Shown here one piece after another: positions 37,388-46,123 of a stretch of DNA of 64,000 nucleotides (positions are counted from its first letter, which is position 1; each line of letters begins with the position of its first letter). The DNA comes from Planctomycetota bacterium (GTDB lineage Bacteria > Planctomycetota > PLA2), in contig JAJFFF010000001.1 in the NCBI GenBank assembly GCA_021776785.1, forward strand, positions 187,129 through 251,128, in the 5' to 3' direction. Both the position numbers and the translations under genes were made by a program. Below the pieces are notes generated by a model that ran no database searches, was not told the origin of the DNA, and saw nothing but the letters and a program-made list of their open reading frames with translations.

Positions 37388-38479
37388 CTAGACGCCGGAC
37401 GACCACTCCAGCTGGAACTGTTTCGGGCCGTTTCCGGAGAGTTCATCGACGCGCGCTTTCACGCGGTCGGCGATATCGCCAAACGCCTTCGACGTAGCGC
37501 TCTCGGGGGCTGCGATGACGATCGGTTGACCGGTGTCGCCGCCCGGCGGCACGGCCGGATCGAGAGGGAGTTTGCCGAGCAGCGGAAGGCCGTATTGCTC
37601 GGCGGCTTTTTCGCCGGCGCCGCTCATGAAAATGTCGGTGATCTCACCGCACTTCGGGCACGCAAAGCCCGCCATGTTTTCCACGACGCCGATCACCGGC
37701 ACCTTCACGGCTTTAAACATCTCGATCGCTTTCAACACGTCGAGGAGCGCCACATCTTGCGGCGTGGTCACGACTACCGCGCCATCGAGCGGCACCGTTT
37801 GGCTCAGGCTCAACACCGCGTCGCCGGTGCCCGGCGGGAGATCGACAATCAAGTAGTCGAGTTCGCCCCACGCTACGCCCATCAGGAGCTGCTGCACCAT
37901 CTTGCCGACCATCGGTCCGCGCCAGACGACCGCGGCTTGATCCTTCGGCATGAGGAACGCGATCGAAATGACCGAGATGCCGTGCGTGTCCGCCGGGATC
38001 ACGCGCTGCTGCGCATCGCCGCGCGCTTTGTGACCGATGGTGCCGGTCATGATCGCCGCGCTCGGGCCGTAGATGTCGGCGTCGAGGAGCCCGACCTTGT
38101 GGCCCTTCTGCGCGAGAGCGACCGCCATGTTGACCGAGACCGTGGACTTGCCAACGCCGCCCTTGCCCGCGCCGACGGCGACGATGTGACGAATCGACTC
38201 CTTGAGTGCGGCGCCCGCCGCTTGCGGCGTGGGCGCGCCGCCCGTCCCTTCCCCGGCTTGTTGCGGGGGCTCGGCGAACGAGACAAAGACGTCCTTCACG
38301 CCTTCGATGGCCTTGATCTTCTCTTTGACGCGCCCGGCGAAGGCGGGTTTCTCCGCCAACGGAATCCGCATTTGCACGGTGATGAGAACTTTGCCGGCCG
38401 TTTCCTTAAACCCCGCGATTAGGTTCGGGGCGACGATGCCCTTGAGCGCGGCAGCGACCGCATCCAGTGTGATTGACAT
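37388..38479 (-). CDS. apbC: Fe-S cluster carrier ATPase ApbC/Mrp (NBP35 family)
   Basis: N-terminal DUF59-like domain, deviant Walker A (GKGGVGKSTVSVN) and CPKCG cluster motif. The ATG at 38479 overlaps the upstream stop. Confidence 0.85.
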   Translation of the reverse strand: MSITLDAVAAALKGIVAPNLIAGFKETAGKVLITVQMRIPLAEKPAFAGRVKEKIKAIEGVKDVFVSFAEPPQQAGEGTGGAPTPQAAGAALKESIRHIVAVGAGKGGVGKSTVSVNMAVALAQKGHKVGLLDADIYGPSAAIMTGTIGHKARGDAQQRVIPADTHGISVISIAFLMPKDQAAVVWRGPMVGKMVQQLLMGVAWGELDYLIVDLPPGTGDAVLSLSQTVPLDGAVVVTTPQDVALLDVLKAIEMFKAVKVPVIGVVENMAGFACPKCGEITDIFMSGAGEKAAEQYGLPLLGKLPLDPAVPPGGDTGQPIVIAAPESATSKAFGDIADRVKARVDELSGNGPKQFQLEWSSGV

Positions 38480-39312
38480 CAGACGGAAATCTCCTCGGTG
38501 ATCGCGAAGTCGCGGTCGCCACGATGAACGCGGCACGCGGTGGTCTTCGGGTCGTGTTCGAAAAACAAGATCCACTCCTCGTCCGCAGCGCGGCCGACCC
38601 ACGTCAGCTTTTCTTCCACGGTCTTGAGCGGTTCATTGTCGTACGCCATGACGTACGGCGTGCGTAGGTGCGACGTGGTCGGAACCAGGTCGGCGGTGTA
38701 GAGCAACGACTGCGCGCCGTCGCTCACTTTGACAAGTTGCATGGCGGGCGTGTGCCCGTCCACGGGAAGCACTTCGATGCCGTCGGCGATCTCGGCGCGG
38801 CCGTCGATCAATTCGAGGCGATCCTCGCGATACAGCGGCATGAAGTCGTCGGGCCGAAAACTGCCGCCGTCTTTCAGACTCGGCTCGCGCGCCCACTCGA
38901 ACTGACGACGTTGCACGTGATAGCGCGCGTTCGGAAAGACCGCGTTGCCGTCGGCGCGCGTCGATCCGCCGCCGTGGTCAAAATGCAGGTGTGTCAGCAA
39001 CACGTCGGTAATCGTTGCGGGATCAAACCCGGCGGCTTGCAGCGCGACGTCGGGAAGCATGGTTCCTTGCAGGTTGTAGATGCCGTTCAGCTTGTCGCTG
39101 AACTTGTCTCCGATGCCCGTGTCCACCAGCCATGTGCGGTCCGGCCCCTCGATGAGGAGAAGGCGCATCGCGAGTTCGATCCGGTTGCGTTCGTCAGGCG
39201 GATTGGACCGCTCCCAAAGCGGGCGCGGCACAATTCCCAGCATCGCGCCGCCGTCGAGGCCAAAAAGCCCGCTGGGGATGGAGTGAACGCGATATTTTCC
39301 GATCTGAAGCAC
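38479..39312 (-). CDS. MBL-fold metallo-hydrolase
   Basis: THLHFDHGGG (HxHxDH) with downstream His/Asp ligands. Confidence 0.75.
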   Translation of the reverse strand: MLQIGKYRVHSIPSGLFGLDGGAMLGIVPRPLWERSNPPDERNRIELAMRLLLIEGPDRTWLVDTGIGDKFSDKLNGIYNLQGTMLPDVALQAAGFDPATITDVLLTHLHFDHGGGSTRADGNAVFPNARYHVQRRQFEWAREPSLKDGGSFRPDDFMPLYREDRLELIDGRAEIADGIEVLPVDGHTPAMQLVKVSDGAQSLLYTADLVPTTSHLRTPYVMAYDNEPLKTVEEKLTWVGRAADEEWILFFEHDPKTTACRVHRGDRDFAITEEISV

Positions 39313-39450
39313 AGCCCTTCATTTTGACGGTCCGGCCAAGGTCTCGCCACGGCTGCCGGAGGCGCCAAGTCCCGCCCAAAATCCGACGGCGTCCTACAGG
39401 GGAAGCTCAGCCCTCCGAAAACAAAGCGGCGGGCGGCGGAGATCGCGCCG

Positions 39451-40326
39451 TTGGGGACTTCCTTGAAGATTACGCGGCGGAGATTTTTGCACGGCGTCGG
39501 TGGGGGCATCGTGGCGGGCGCGGCCTATGCGGTCGGCGTGGAGCCCTCGTGGCTCGACGTGACAGAGCGCGCCCTGGCGGTGCCCGATTTGCCGCGTGCG
39601 TTCGACGGATACCGGATCGCGCACCTGAGCGACCTCCACCTCGGCGGCGGCGTGCCGGCGTCCTTGCTGGAGCGAGCCGTCCGCGCCGCGACCGCGTTCG
39701 AGCCGGACCTGGTTGTGGTGACCGGCGACGTGGTGGATGACGGCGGCCCCGATGCGCCGCTTGCCGACGTGACCGCGGTGCTCGGCGAGTGCCACGGCAA
39801 GGACGGTGTCTTGTGCACGCTCGGCAACCATGACACAACCTCGTTTCGCGAAGGCGGGCAGTTGTGTGAGCACGCGGTGGCGCGCCTTCGCGCGGCGATC
39901 GAAGGCGGCGGCGCCGACCTGTTGCGCAATCGCTTTGTTCGCGTGCGGCGCGGTCGTGACGCGTTGCGGGTGGTCGGGTTGGGCGACCTGTGGAGCGGTG
40001 ATTTCGAACCGGCGACGACGCGCGTGCACGAGCCCGATGGCGTGACGGTGGCGTTGTCGCACAACCCGGACACAGCACCCGAATTGGCGCGGCGCGGTGC
40101 CAAGATCATCCTGTCGGGGCACACTCACGGCGGGCAGGTGTGCGTCCCGTTTTACGGGCCGCCTTGGATTCCCTTGCGGCATCCGGAGTACCTCGCGGGG
40201 CGTTTTGACGTCGGTGCCGCGCAGCTCTACGTCAACCGCGGCTTGGGGTTCTCGCATCGCGTGCGTTTCCGGGCGCGGCCAGAAACGACGCTGCTTACAC
40301 TGCGCCGAGCCAACCGTCCCGCATGA
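39451..40326 (+). CDS. Tat-secreted calcineurin-like metallophosphoesterase
   Basis: Twin-arginine motif (TRRRFLHG). Phosphoesterase motifs GDVVDDG, GNHD, GHTHGG. Confidence 0.75.
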   Translation: MGTSLKITRRRFLHGVGGGIVAGAAYAVGVEPSWLDVTERALAVPDLPRAFDGYRIAHLSDLHLGGGVPASLLERAVRAATAFEPDLVVVTGDVVDDGGPDAPLADVTAVLGECHGKDGVLCTLGNHDTTSFREGGQLCEHAVARLRAAIEGGGADLLRNRFVRVRRGRDALRVVGLGDLWSGDFEPATTRVHEPDGVTVALSHNPDTAPELARRGAKIILSGHTHGGQVCVPFYGPPWIPLRHPEYLAGRFDVGAAQLYVNRGLGFSHRVRFRARPETTLLTLRRANRPA

Positions 40327-41032
40327 CGGGAACCACGGCCAGCGCATTCCACGCGCTTGCCAAGGCTACGTCTTCGGCGAACCCGCGTTCTCTCAGCTCG
40401 CGCCCGCTCGCGCATTCCGCCATGACGTCCTCCAACCGGTTGCGCTGACTCCAAAACGCGGCCTCGCAGACGGCGGCCTCCGGCGACCGCGTGCCCGGTA
40501 ACTTCGCGATCACCGCGCCCGCGCCGAGATAGTCTTCAAGGCTGACGCGCAACGTGTCGTCTTGCCAGCGTTCCCCGCACGCGAGCACCGTGATGGTTGT
40601 GCCGCCCGCGCCGGCGTGGCGTGCCGCCGCATCGGCGTTGACCAGGCCCGCGACGATGAGTGCCGGGACGCTCGGCGCGGCGGCACAACACGTGGCGCCG
40701 TTGGGCGAAGCCAAAACGATCCGTGCGCCGCGGGGCGCGTTCCGCATGGACACGGGCGATAGCGAGAACCCATCCGGTTGGTTCTGCGCTTCCTCCCGCG
40801 AGACCGCACCGATCGCCCCTTCCCGGGCGGTCACAGCCACTCGATCCTCATCCCAGGCGCAGGGGCGCACCGTGGCGCCGGCGGCGACCGCGTAGGCGAC
40901 CGCCGACGAAAAGCTCAACACGTCCACGACGATGAGAACGTCTTTTTCGGCAGCGGCCGCGAGCGCTCCGCGGCGGCCCCAGCGGAGGCGCACGTCAAAC
41001 CCGTGCTGCCCTGTCCAAATCGGATCGCCCAT
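40295..41032 (-). CDS. 2-phosphosulfolactate phosphatase (ComB)-like protein
   Basis: LIVVDVLSFSSAVAYAVAAGA...GERWQDDTLRVSLEDYLGAGAVI resembles the ComB family. Start taken at the internal ATG 41032. Confidence 0.45.
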   Translation of the reverse strand: MGDPIWTGQHGFDVRLRWGRRGALAAAAEKDVLIVVDVLSFSSAVAYAVAAGATVRPCAWDEDRVAVTAREGAIGAVSREEAQNQPDGFSLSPVSMRNAPRGARIVLASPNGATCCAAAPSVPALIVAGLVNADAAARHAGAGGTTITVLACGERWQDDTLRVSLEDYLGAGAVIAKLPGTRSPEAAVCEAAFWSQRNRLEDVMAECASGRELRERGFAEDVALASAWNALAVVPVMRDGWLGAV

Positions 41033-41168
41033 CGGGGTAGCGTATCCGCAAACCCGCGCCATCCGGACCGGAATTGAGGGTTGGAAACGCGGCGCTCCTG
41101 TCCGACTTAGATTCTTGCGCTGCGCGGGACCTCCCGAGGCGCTGGTGATAGTCTGTGGGGTCCTCCAC

Positions 41169-44100
41169 ATGACGAAAAGCCGAGCTGCGGGGCGCAACCC
41201 GCGCGACTATTTTTATGGCGACGTGATGCGCCTCCCTCCGGGGACGCGCAACCCCGATCACTACACGCTGTTGGGCCTTCGTTTTTTTGAGGATGACCAC
41301 GACACGATCCTGCGCGGCTCGCTCGAACGCATTCGCCTTCTGGAGACGTGTCAGGTGGACCCGCGGCCGGGCTATCGCAAGATGGCGGAACGTCTTTTGG
41401 TCGAAGTCCGTGACGCGCAACTCACGCTTCTCGACTCGAAAAAACGCAGCGACTACGACGCCGCGTTGATCGGTCGCCAGGAACTGGCGCGCAAGGAGCA
41501 AGGGATCGACGAAGATGTGCAGCTGCCCGTCGGCTCGATGTTTCACGATCGGTATCGCATCCTGCGGGAGGTGCGCGTAGGCGGGCTCGGTTCGGTGTAC
41601 GAAGCGATGGATCGCAACCTGCGTGCGAAGGTCCATATAAGCGTGCTGCGACCGTCGCTTTCGCGCGATCGTTCGTTGCGTCGCCCCATCGAGAACGAAG
41701 CGCGCAAGGGGGTCACGACGCAACACGCGAACCTGCTGCGTCTGGATGAGATTGGCGACGCGGGCGGCGTGTTCTTTGTCCGCAGCCGCGCGCACGAGTC
41801 CAAGAGTCTGCGGCAAGTGTTGGAGCTGCAGGAGTCCGGGCGGTTGGATGCGGACGAGGTTTGGCGTATTGGACGGGAAGTGTTGGCGGCATTGCGGCCG
41901 ATTCACGACATCGGTGGCGCGCACGGTCGGCTGCGACTGGACAACGTGCTGATCGGTGGCGACGGAAGCGTTCTCGTGTCCGACGCATTTATCGCGCGCG
42001 CCGTCGCCGACGCGATTGCGCAGCAACCGGGACCGGAGGCGACTCCGGCGGGCGACATCGCGGCGTTGGGGGTCTTGCTTTATCGGCTCTTGACCGGCAA
42101 GCAATTCCGGCGGGACGACGGCGCCGCCGCGTATCCCGAAGAGACGCCGTCGCGCTTGATCGAGGCGATGGGGGCCCTGCTCGCGCCGGACGCGCGCCGC
42201 CCGACCGATGCGAAGGCGGCGGCGGGATGGTTCGTCGAAACGCCCGAGCTGCCTGACGGCAAAGAGATTCCGTGGAAGTGGGTCGCGATCGCGGCGAGTG
42301 TGGTCGCTCTCATACTCATGCCGTTTGCATTTCGTTCGGGCGGCGACAACGCCAACGGCGGCGACGAGTCGTCGGCTCTCGAGGCGCGAAGCTGGCGATC
42401 GCTTGCCGAGGGGCGCTACGAAGCGGTCATCGCGTCTCTGCAAGGCCAACACGATCGGGCGCTGGTGGTCGCGCTTGCACGCGCGTACGAGTCCGCGGCG
42501 AGAGACGATGAAGCGAGGGGCAACGTGTGGCGGGCGCAGCAACGCCTTGCGCACGCGCAGAAGCTGGAGCCGAATTCCCGACGCGAGCGCGCCTACGCGC
42601 GCGTTGCGGCGATCGCGCAGTCCAAGTTGGACGCACTTGTATTGCCGGACGACAAGCCCCGGCAAGAAGCGGTGTTCTCGTTGGATGTGCGCGCTGCGCA
42701 CCTAGCGATCGTCCGCCTCGGCGGCGAGGAACTCGATCTCACCAGCGGGGTCGCGTCCAAGCGGTTGTCCCTGGGCGAGGGCGAGCATCGTCTGGCGTGC
42801 GAGCTTGTCGATGTGGCCGGCAACAAGCGGACGGAGACGGTCGTCTTCGCGGTGGATCGCACTCCGCCCAGCATTGTCATCGAGTCGCCGGAAGATGGCG
42901 CGCGACTGACCAAGCAGACGATTCCGGTCGTGCTTCGCGTGAAGGAGAAGCATCCGCGTGAGCATTTGCGGGTCCAGGCCGTGCCTGTGGCTTGGACCGG
43001 GGCCGCGATCAAAACGTCGGTGACGTTTAAGGACGGCAATCACTCGGTTGTCGTGGAGGCGACCGATGCGGCTGGCAACATCGCCACCGCCACCGCGCGC
43101 GTCATCGTTGACACGCTGGGGCCTAAGATTCAACTCACGACACGGCGCGTTGTCACCAAGAGTGGCCGCGCGGAGATCGTCGGGCGCGTCACCGGTCGCG
43201 TGAGCGCTCTTCGCATTGACGGCCGCAACGTCTCTTACGACGCCGACGGGTCGTTTACGCATGCACTGGACGTGATGCGTGATCGGACGATCAAAGTCGA
43301 AGCGCAAAGCGCGTCGGGCCTGACCGATGCGGCCGACGTCGTGATTTTGTTCGATCAGATCGCACCGCAGATTGCTGCGAACCCGCGCCGCACCGACAAA
43401 GATGGGCTCGTCCTGTACGGGTCGCGTGAGATCGCGGCCAAGGAAGTGGCCGTCGGACTTCGGGTCAAAGACAAAACGGAACTTCGCTTTGAAACCAAGC
43501 ACGGTCGCATTGCAAACGGAAGTTGGTTCGTGCCCACGCGCGGCGGGCGCCATCGCGCCAAACTCACCGTCATCGACGAAGCCGGGTGGCGTTCGAGCTT
43601 GGAGATTGAACTCGAAGGACGCGCAGGGAGACCGAAGCTGCAGGTGAAGTGTGCGCTCGACGAGGGGTTCGTTTCCGACCGCGATGTTGTTTTGGACATT
43701 GATTCCGACGGACCGGTGCTGGTGCAGGGGCAACAACGGCGAGCCGGTCGCATCCGGTTGCCGCTCAAGGAGGGCTCCGTGTCGGTCTCCGTCGTCCGGC
43801 GCGATCGGTACGGAAACGAGGCGGAGTGGAAGCGCGAGTTCCATGTCGATCGCACGCCGCCCGAGCTCAAGTTGCTCGGGGGCAGCGAGTTCGGCATGGT
43901 GAACCAAAAGATCCGTTTTCGCGCGAACGAGCCGCTCCGCGAAGTTCGTTGCGTCGGCAAAGTGTTTTCGGCCAACTCCAACGACGTCGAGGTGGACGCT
44001 GAATTGGGTCCCGGCAAACGTACGATTTCCGTGTTGGCGCGCGACCGCGCCGGTAATCAGTCGAGGACGAAGTTCAACATCGAAGTCGTGAACCACGTCC

Positions 44101-44714
44101 TGCGCTTGGGCGGCAAGGGAGCGGTGAAGATCCCTTTTCCGGCCAAGCTGTCGATGTCGAAGTTCACCATCGAGTGCTGGGTGCGCGGTACCGCACCGGT
44201 GCGCACGATGGTGATCTTGAGCAACTATTTCGACGGCGGGGCGGCGCTCGTGTGGTCGCACAACGCCAGCGGCCCTTACGCGGTGTGGCTCGATCCGGTC
44301 CACGGACGTCAGACGATCGAGCACGCGCGGCCGTGGCGGTGGGACGAGTGGACGCACTTGGCGCTTTGCGGCGACGGGCGCAAAGTACGATTCTTCGTCG
44401 ATGGAAGCTTGCAGGGTTCGTTCGTTTCGCGCACGCCGTGGAAGCCGAGCTCGAAAGGGTTTCTCGTCGGCGGCGACCCGGACGCGCGCCGCGTGGCCCG
44501 TAACCACTTTGCGGGCGAAGTCGACGAAGTGCGCATCTCCTCGTCGGCCCGTTACACGCGCGCGTTTACGCCGCAACGGCATTTCAAGACCGACGACAAG
44601 ACCCACGTCCTGTTGCGTTTCGATTCCGGTGACAAACGCCAATTGCGAGACGCGTCCGGCAACGGCCGCCACGGCGAAGTCGTTGGTGAAGTGCAAACCG
44701 TGCGTTCGCCCTAA
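41169..44714 (+). CDS. large transmembrane protein: cytoplasmic degenerate Ser/Thr kinase-like (pseudokinase) domain, one TM helix, extracellular bacterial Ig-like repeats, C-terminal LamG/concanavalin-A-like domain
   Basis: Kinase-like core with a Gly-rich loop (VGGLGSVYEA) and Lys (AKVHISVL). The catalytic loop HGRLRLDN lacks the HRD Asp, and DAF replaces DFG. TM helix WKWVAIAASVVALILMPFAF. Repeated VD.AGN..T..V.F.VD.T.P Ig-like units. The LamG-like C-terminus has FTIECWVR...WTHLALCGDG...FFVDGSL...FAGEVDEVRIS. Confidence 0.65.
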   Translation: MTKSRAAGRNPRDYFYGDVMRLPPGTRNPDHYTLLGLRFFEDDHDTILRGSLERIRLLETCQVDPRPGYRKMAERLLVEVRDAQLTLLDSKKRSDYDAALIGRQELARKEQGIDEDVQLPVGSMFHDRYRILREVRVGGLGSVYEAMDRNLRAKVHISVLRPSLSRDRSLRRPIENEARKGVTTQHANLLRLDEIGDAGGVFFVRSRAHESKSLRQVLELQESGRLDADEVWRIGREVLAALRPIHDIGGAHGRLRLDNVLIGGDGSVLVSDAFIARAVADAIAQQPGPEATPAGDIAALGVLLYRLLTGKQFRRDDGAAAYPEETPSRLIEAMGALLAPDARRPTDAKAAAGWFVETPELPDGKEIPWKWVAIAASVVALILMPFAFRSGGDNANGGDESSALEARSWRSLAEGRYEAVIASLQGQHDRALVVALARAYESAARDDEARGNVWRAQQRLAHAQKLEPNSRRERAYARVAAIAQSKLDALVLPDDKPRQEAVFSLDVRAAHLAIVRLGGEELDLTSGVASKRLSLGEGEHRLACELVDVAGNKRTETVVFAVDRTPPSIVIESPEDGARLTKQTIPVVLRVKEKHPREHLRVQAVPVAWTGAAIKTSVTFKDGNHSVVVEATDAAGNIATATARVIVDTLGPKIQLTTRRVVTKSGRAEIVGRVTGRVSALRIDGRNVSYDADGSFTHALDVMRDRTIKVEAQSASGLTDAADVVILFDQIAPQIAANPRRTDKDGLVLYGSREIAAKEVAVGLRVKDKTELRFETKHGRIANGSWFVPTRGGRHRAKLTVIDEAGWRSSLEIELEGRAGRPKLQVKCALDEGFVSDRDVVLDIDSDGPVLVQGQQRRAGRIRLPLKEGSVSVSVVRRDRYGNEAEWKREFHVDRTPPELKLLGGSEFGMVNQKIRFRANEPLREVRCVGKVFSANSNDVEVDAELGPGKRTISVLARDRAGNQSRTKFNIEVVNHVLRLGGKGAVKIPFPAKLSMSKFTIECWVRGTAPVRTMVILSNYFDGGAALVWSHNASGPYAVWLDPVHGRQTIEHARPWRWDEWTHLALCGDGRKVRFFVDGSLQGSFVSRTPWKPSSKGFLVGGDPDARRVARNHFAGEVDEVRISSSARYTRAFTPQRHFKTDDKTHVLLRFDSGDKRQLRDASGNGRHGEVVGEVQTVRSP

Positions 44715-44731
44715 GCGCCGCGTTTCACGGC

Positions 44732-45550
44732 CTAGTACGCGCGGTTGTCCGCAAGCGTGCGCGCGTAGCGCAACCCCGCCGACGTCTGAGACGGATACCA
44801 ACTCAGTCGCTCTCCATCGACCAGGAGCGCGCGGCGGCCTTCGCGGAGGGCGTATGCGTCCGGTGCGAGCGCCGCGGCCTCGGGAAACAGATCGAGATCG
44901 CGCGGGAACCTAAACGCGAACGGTTCGCTGGAGAAAAGGACCAGGTCGGCGTTTGTGTCCGCGACTTGTTTAGGCGTGAGGGTTGGATAGCGGCGCTGCT
45001 CCGGCGCGAGCGCGTTTTGCATGCCCGCGCATGTCAGGAGCTGGGAGATATACGTGTCGTGCGCCGCGGCCATCCACGGGTCTCTCCAGATGAGGTAGAG
45101 AAAACGCGGCGCGTTCGGTTGTCGCGCTGGTGCGCGCGCGAGTTGCTCACCGAGTTCGCCGGCCAGGCGCGCGGCCTCGGTCGCCGCACCGAGCGCCGTT
45201 CCAAGATCGCGCCAAAGAGCGGGCACCTCGTGCGGAGACTCGGGGTTGGTGAGGCAGACCGGAAAAGACCGCGCGAGATCCTCGATGTGTGCGCGCTGGT
45301 TTTCTTCCTTGTTGGCCAACACGAGGTCGGGTTGCAGCGCGCGAATCGCAGCGACGTCTGGGTTTTTTGTGCCGCGTACGGTCGGCACGGCGTCCACCGC
45401 GCCGGAAGGGCGGATGCAAAACTTGGTGCGCGCGACCAGCGCGGCACCCGCGCCCAGTTGAAAGACCGCTTCCGTTAAGGAGGGAACAAGGGAGACGACA
45501 CGTTGTGCGGTGCCGCGCTGCGGCGGCCCGAGCCAAGTCGTATCGGCCAT
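44732..45550 (-). CDS. TroA/BtuF-like periplasmic-binding-fold protein (cobalamin/Fe3+-siderophore family) with no detectable signal peptide
   Basis: VVSLVPSLTEAVFQLGAG...VG..KNPDVAAIRALQPDLVLA is typical of BtuF/FhuD-type PBPs. No signal peptide precedes either candidate start. Confidence 0.55.
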   Translation of the reverse strand: MADTTWLGPPQRGTAQRVVSLVPSLTEAVFQLGAGAALVARTKFCIRPSGAVDAVPTVRGTKNPDVAAIRALQPDLVLANKEENQRAHIEDLARSFPVCLTNPESPHEVPALWRDLGTALGAATEAARLAGELGEQLARAPARQPNAPRFLYLIWRDPWMAAAHDTYISQLLTCAGMQNALAPEQRRYPTLTPKQVADTNADLVLFSSEPFAFRFPRDLDLFPEAAALAPDAYALREGRRALLVDGERLSWYPSQTSAGLRYARTLADNRAY

Positions 45551-45607
45551 GCCGCGATGATAGCGGGGTTTGTAAATGGCCCAACAATCGCGGACCATGG
45601 GCACGGT

Positions 45608-46123
45608 ATGAGGTTGGTGTATTTGTTGCGTCACGGCATCGCGATCGATCGGACCCATCCCGATTGCCCGCGCGATTCAAAACGGGCACTGACGGCCAAG
45701 GGCCACCGCCGCACCGTCGATGCCGTGCGCGGACTTGCGACCATGGGCGTGACGGCGACCGCCATGGCGGCGAGCCAGTATGCGCGCGCCATGGAAACCG
45801 CGACGATAGCCCAGCGTGGTTTGGGGTTATCCGCGGAGATCCAAGCGTGGCCGGACCTTGAGCCGTCGGGCGCCGTCGCGGCCACGGCGCGTCGCCTGAT
45901 GGCGAGCACGGACGGACCGATTTTAGTGGTCGGGCATGCGCCGCATCTCGATCACGTGATCGCCACGCTCACCCAGGCGCGCGTCCGCCTCAAAAAAGCT
46001 GGCGCCGCGTGCGTTGACCTCGATGACCGCCGTCTGGTGTGGCTCATGGAGCCGCGCGCTTTGCGCAAGCTCGGCACGCGGTCGTCCAACCAGGAGAGCG
46101 AATCGAATGAGGCGCCCGTTTGA
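45608..46123 (+). CDS. sixA: phosphohistidine phosphatase SixA (histidine phosphatase superfamily)
   Basis: MRLVYLLRHGIAID carries the RHG catalytic motif. ~170 aa. The stop overlaps the ppx start. Confidence 0.7.
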   Translation: MRLVYLLRHGIAIDRTHPDCPRDSKRALTAKGHRRTVDAVRGLATMGVTATAMAASQYARAMETATIAQRGLGLSAEIQAWPDLEPSGAVAATARRLMASTDGPILVVGHAPHLDHVIATLTQARVRLKKAGAACVDLDDRRLVWLMEPRALRKLGTRSSNQESESNEAPV

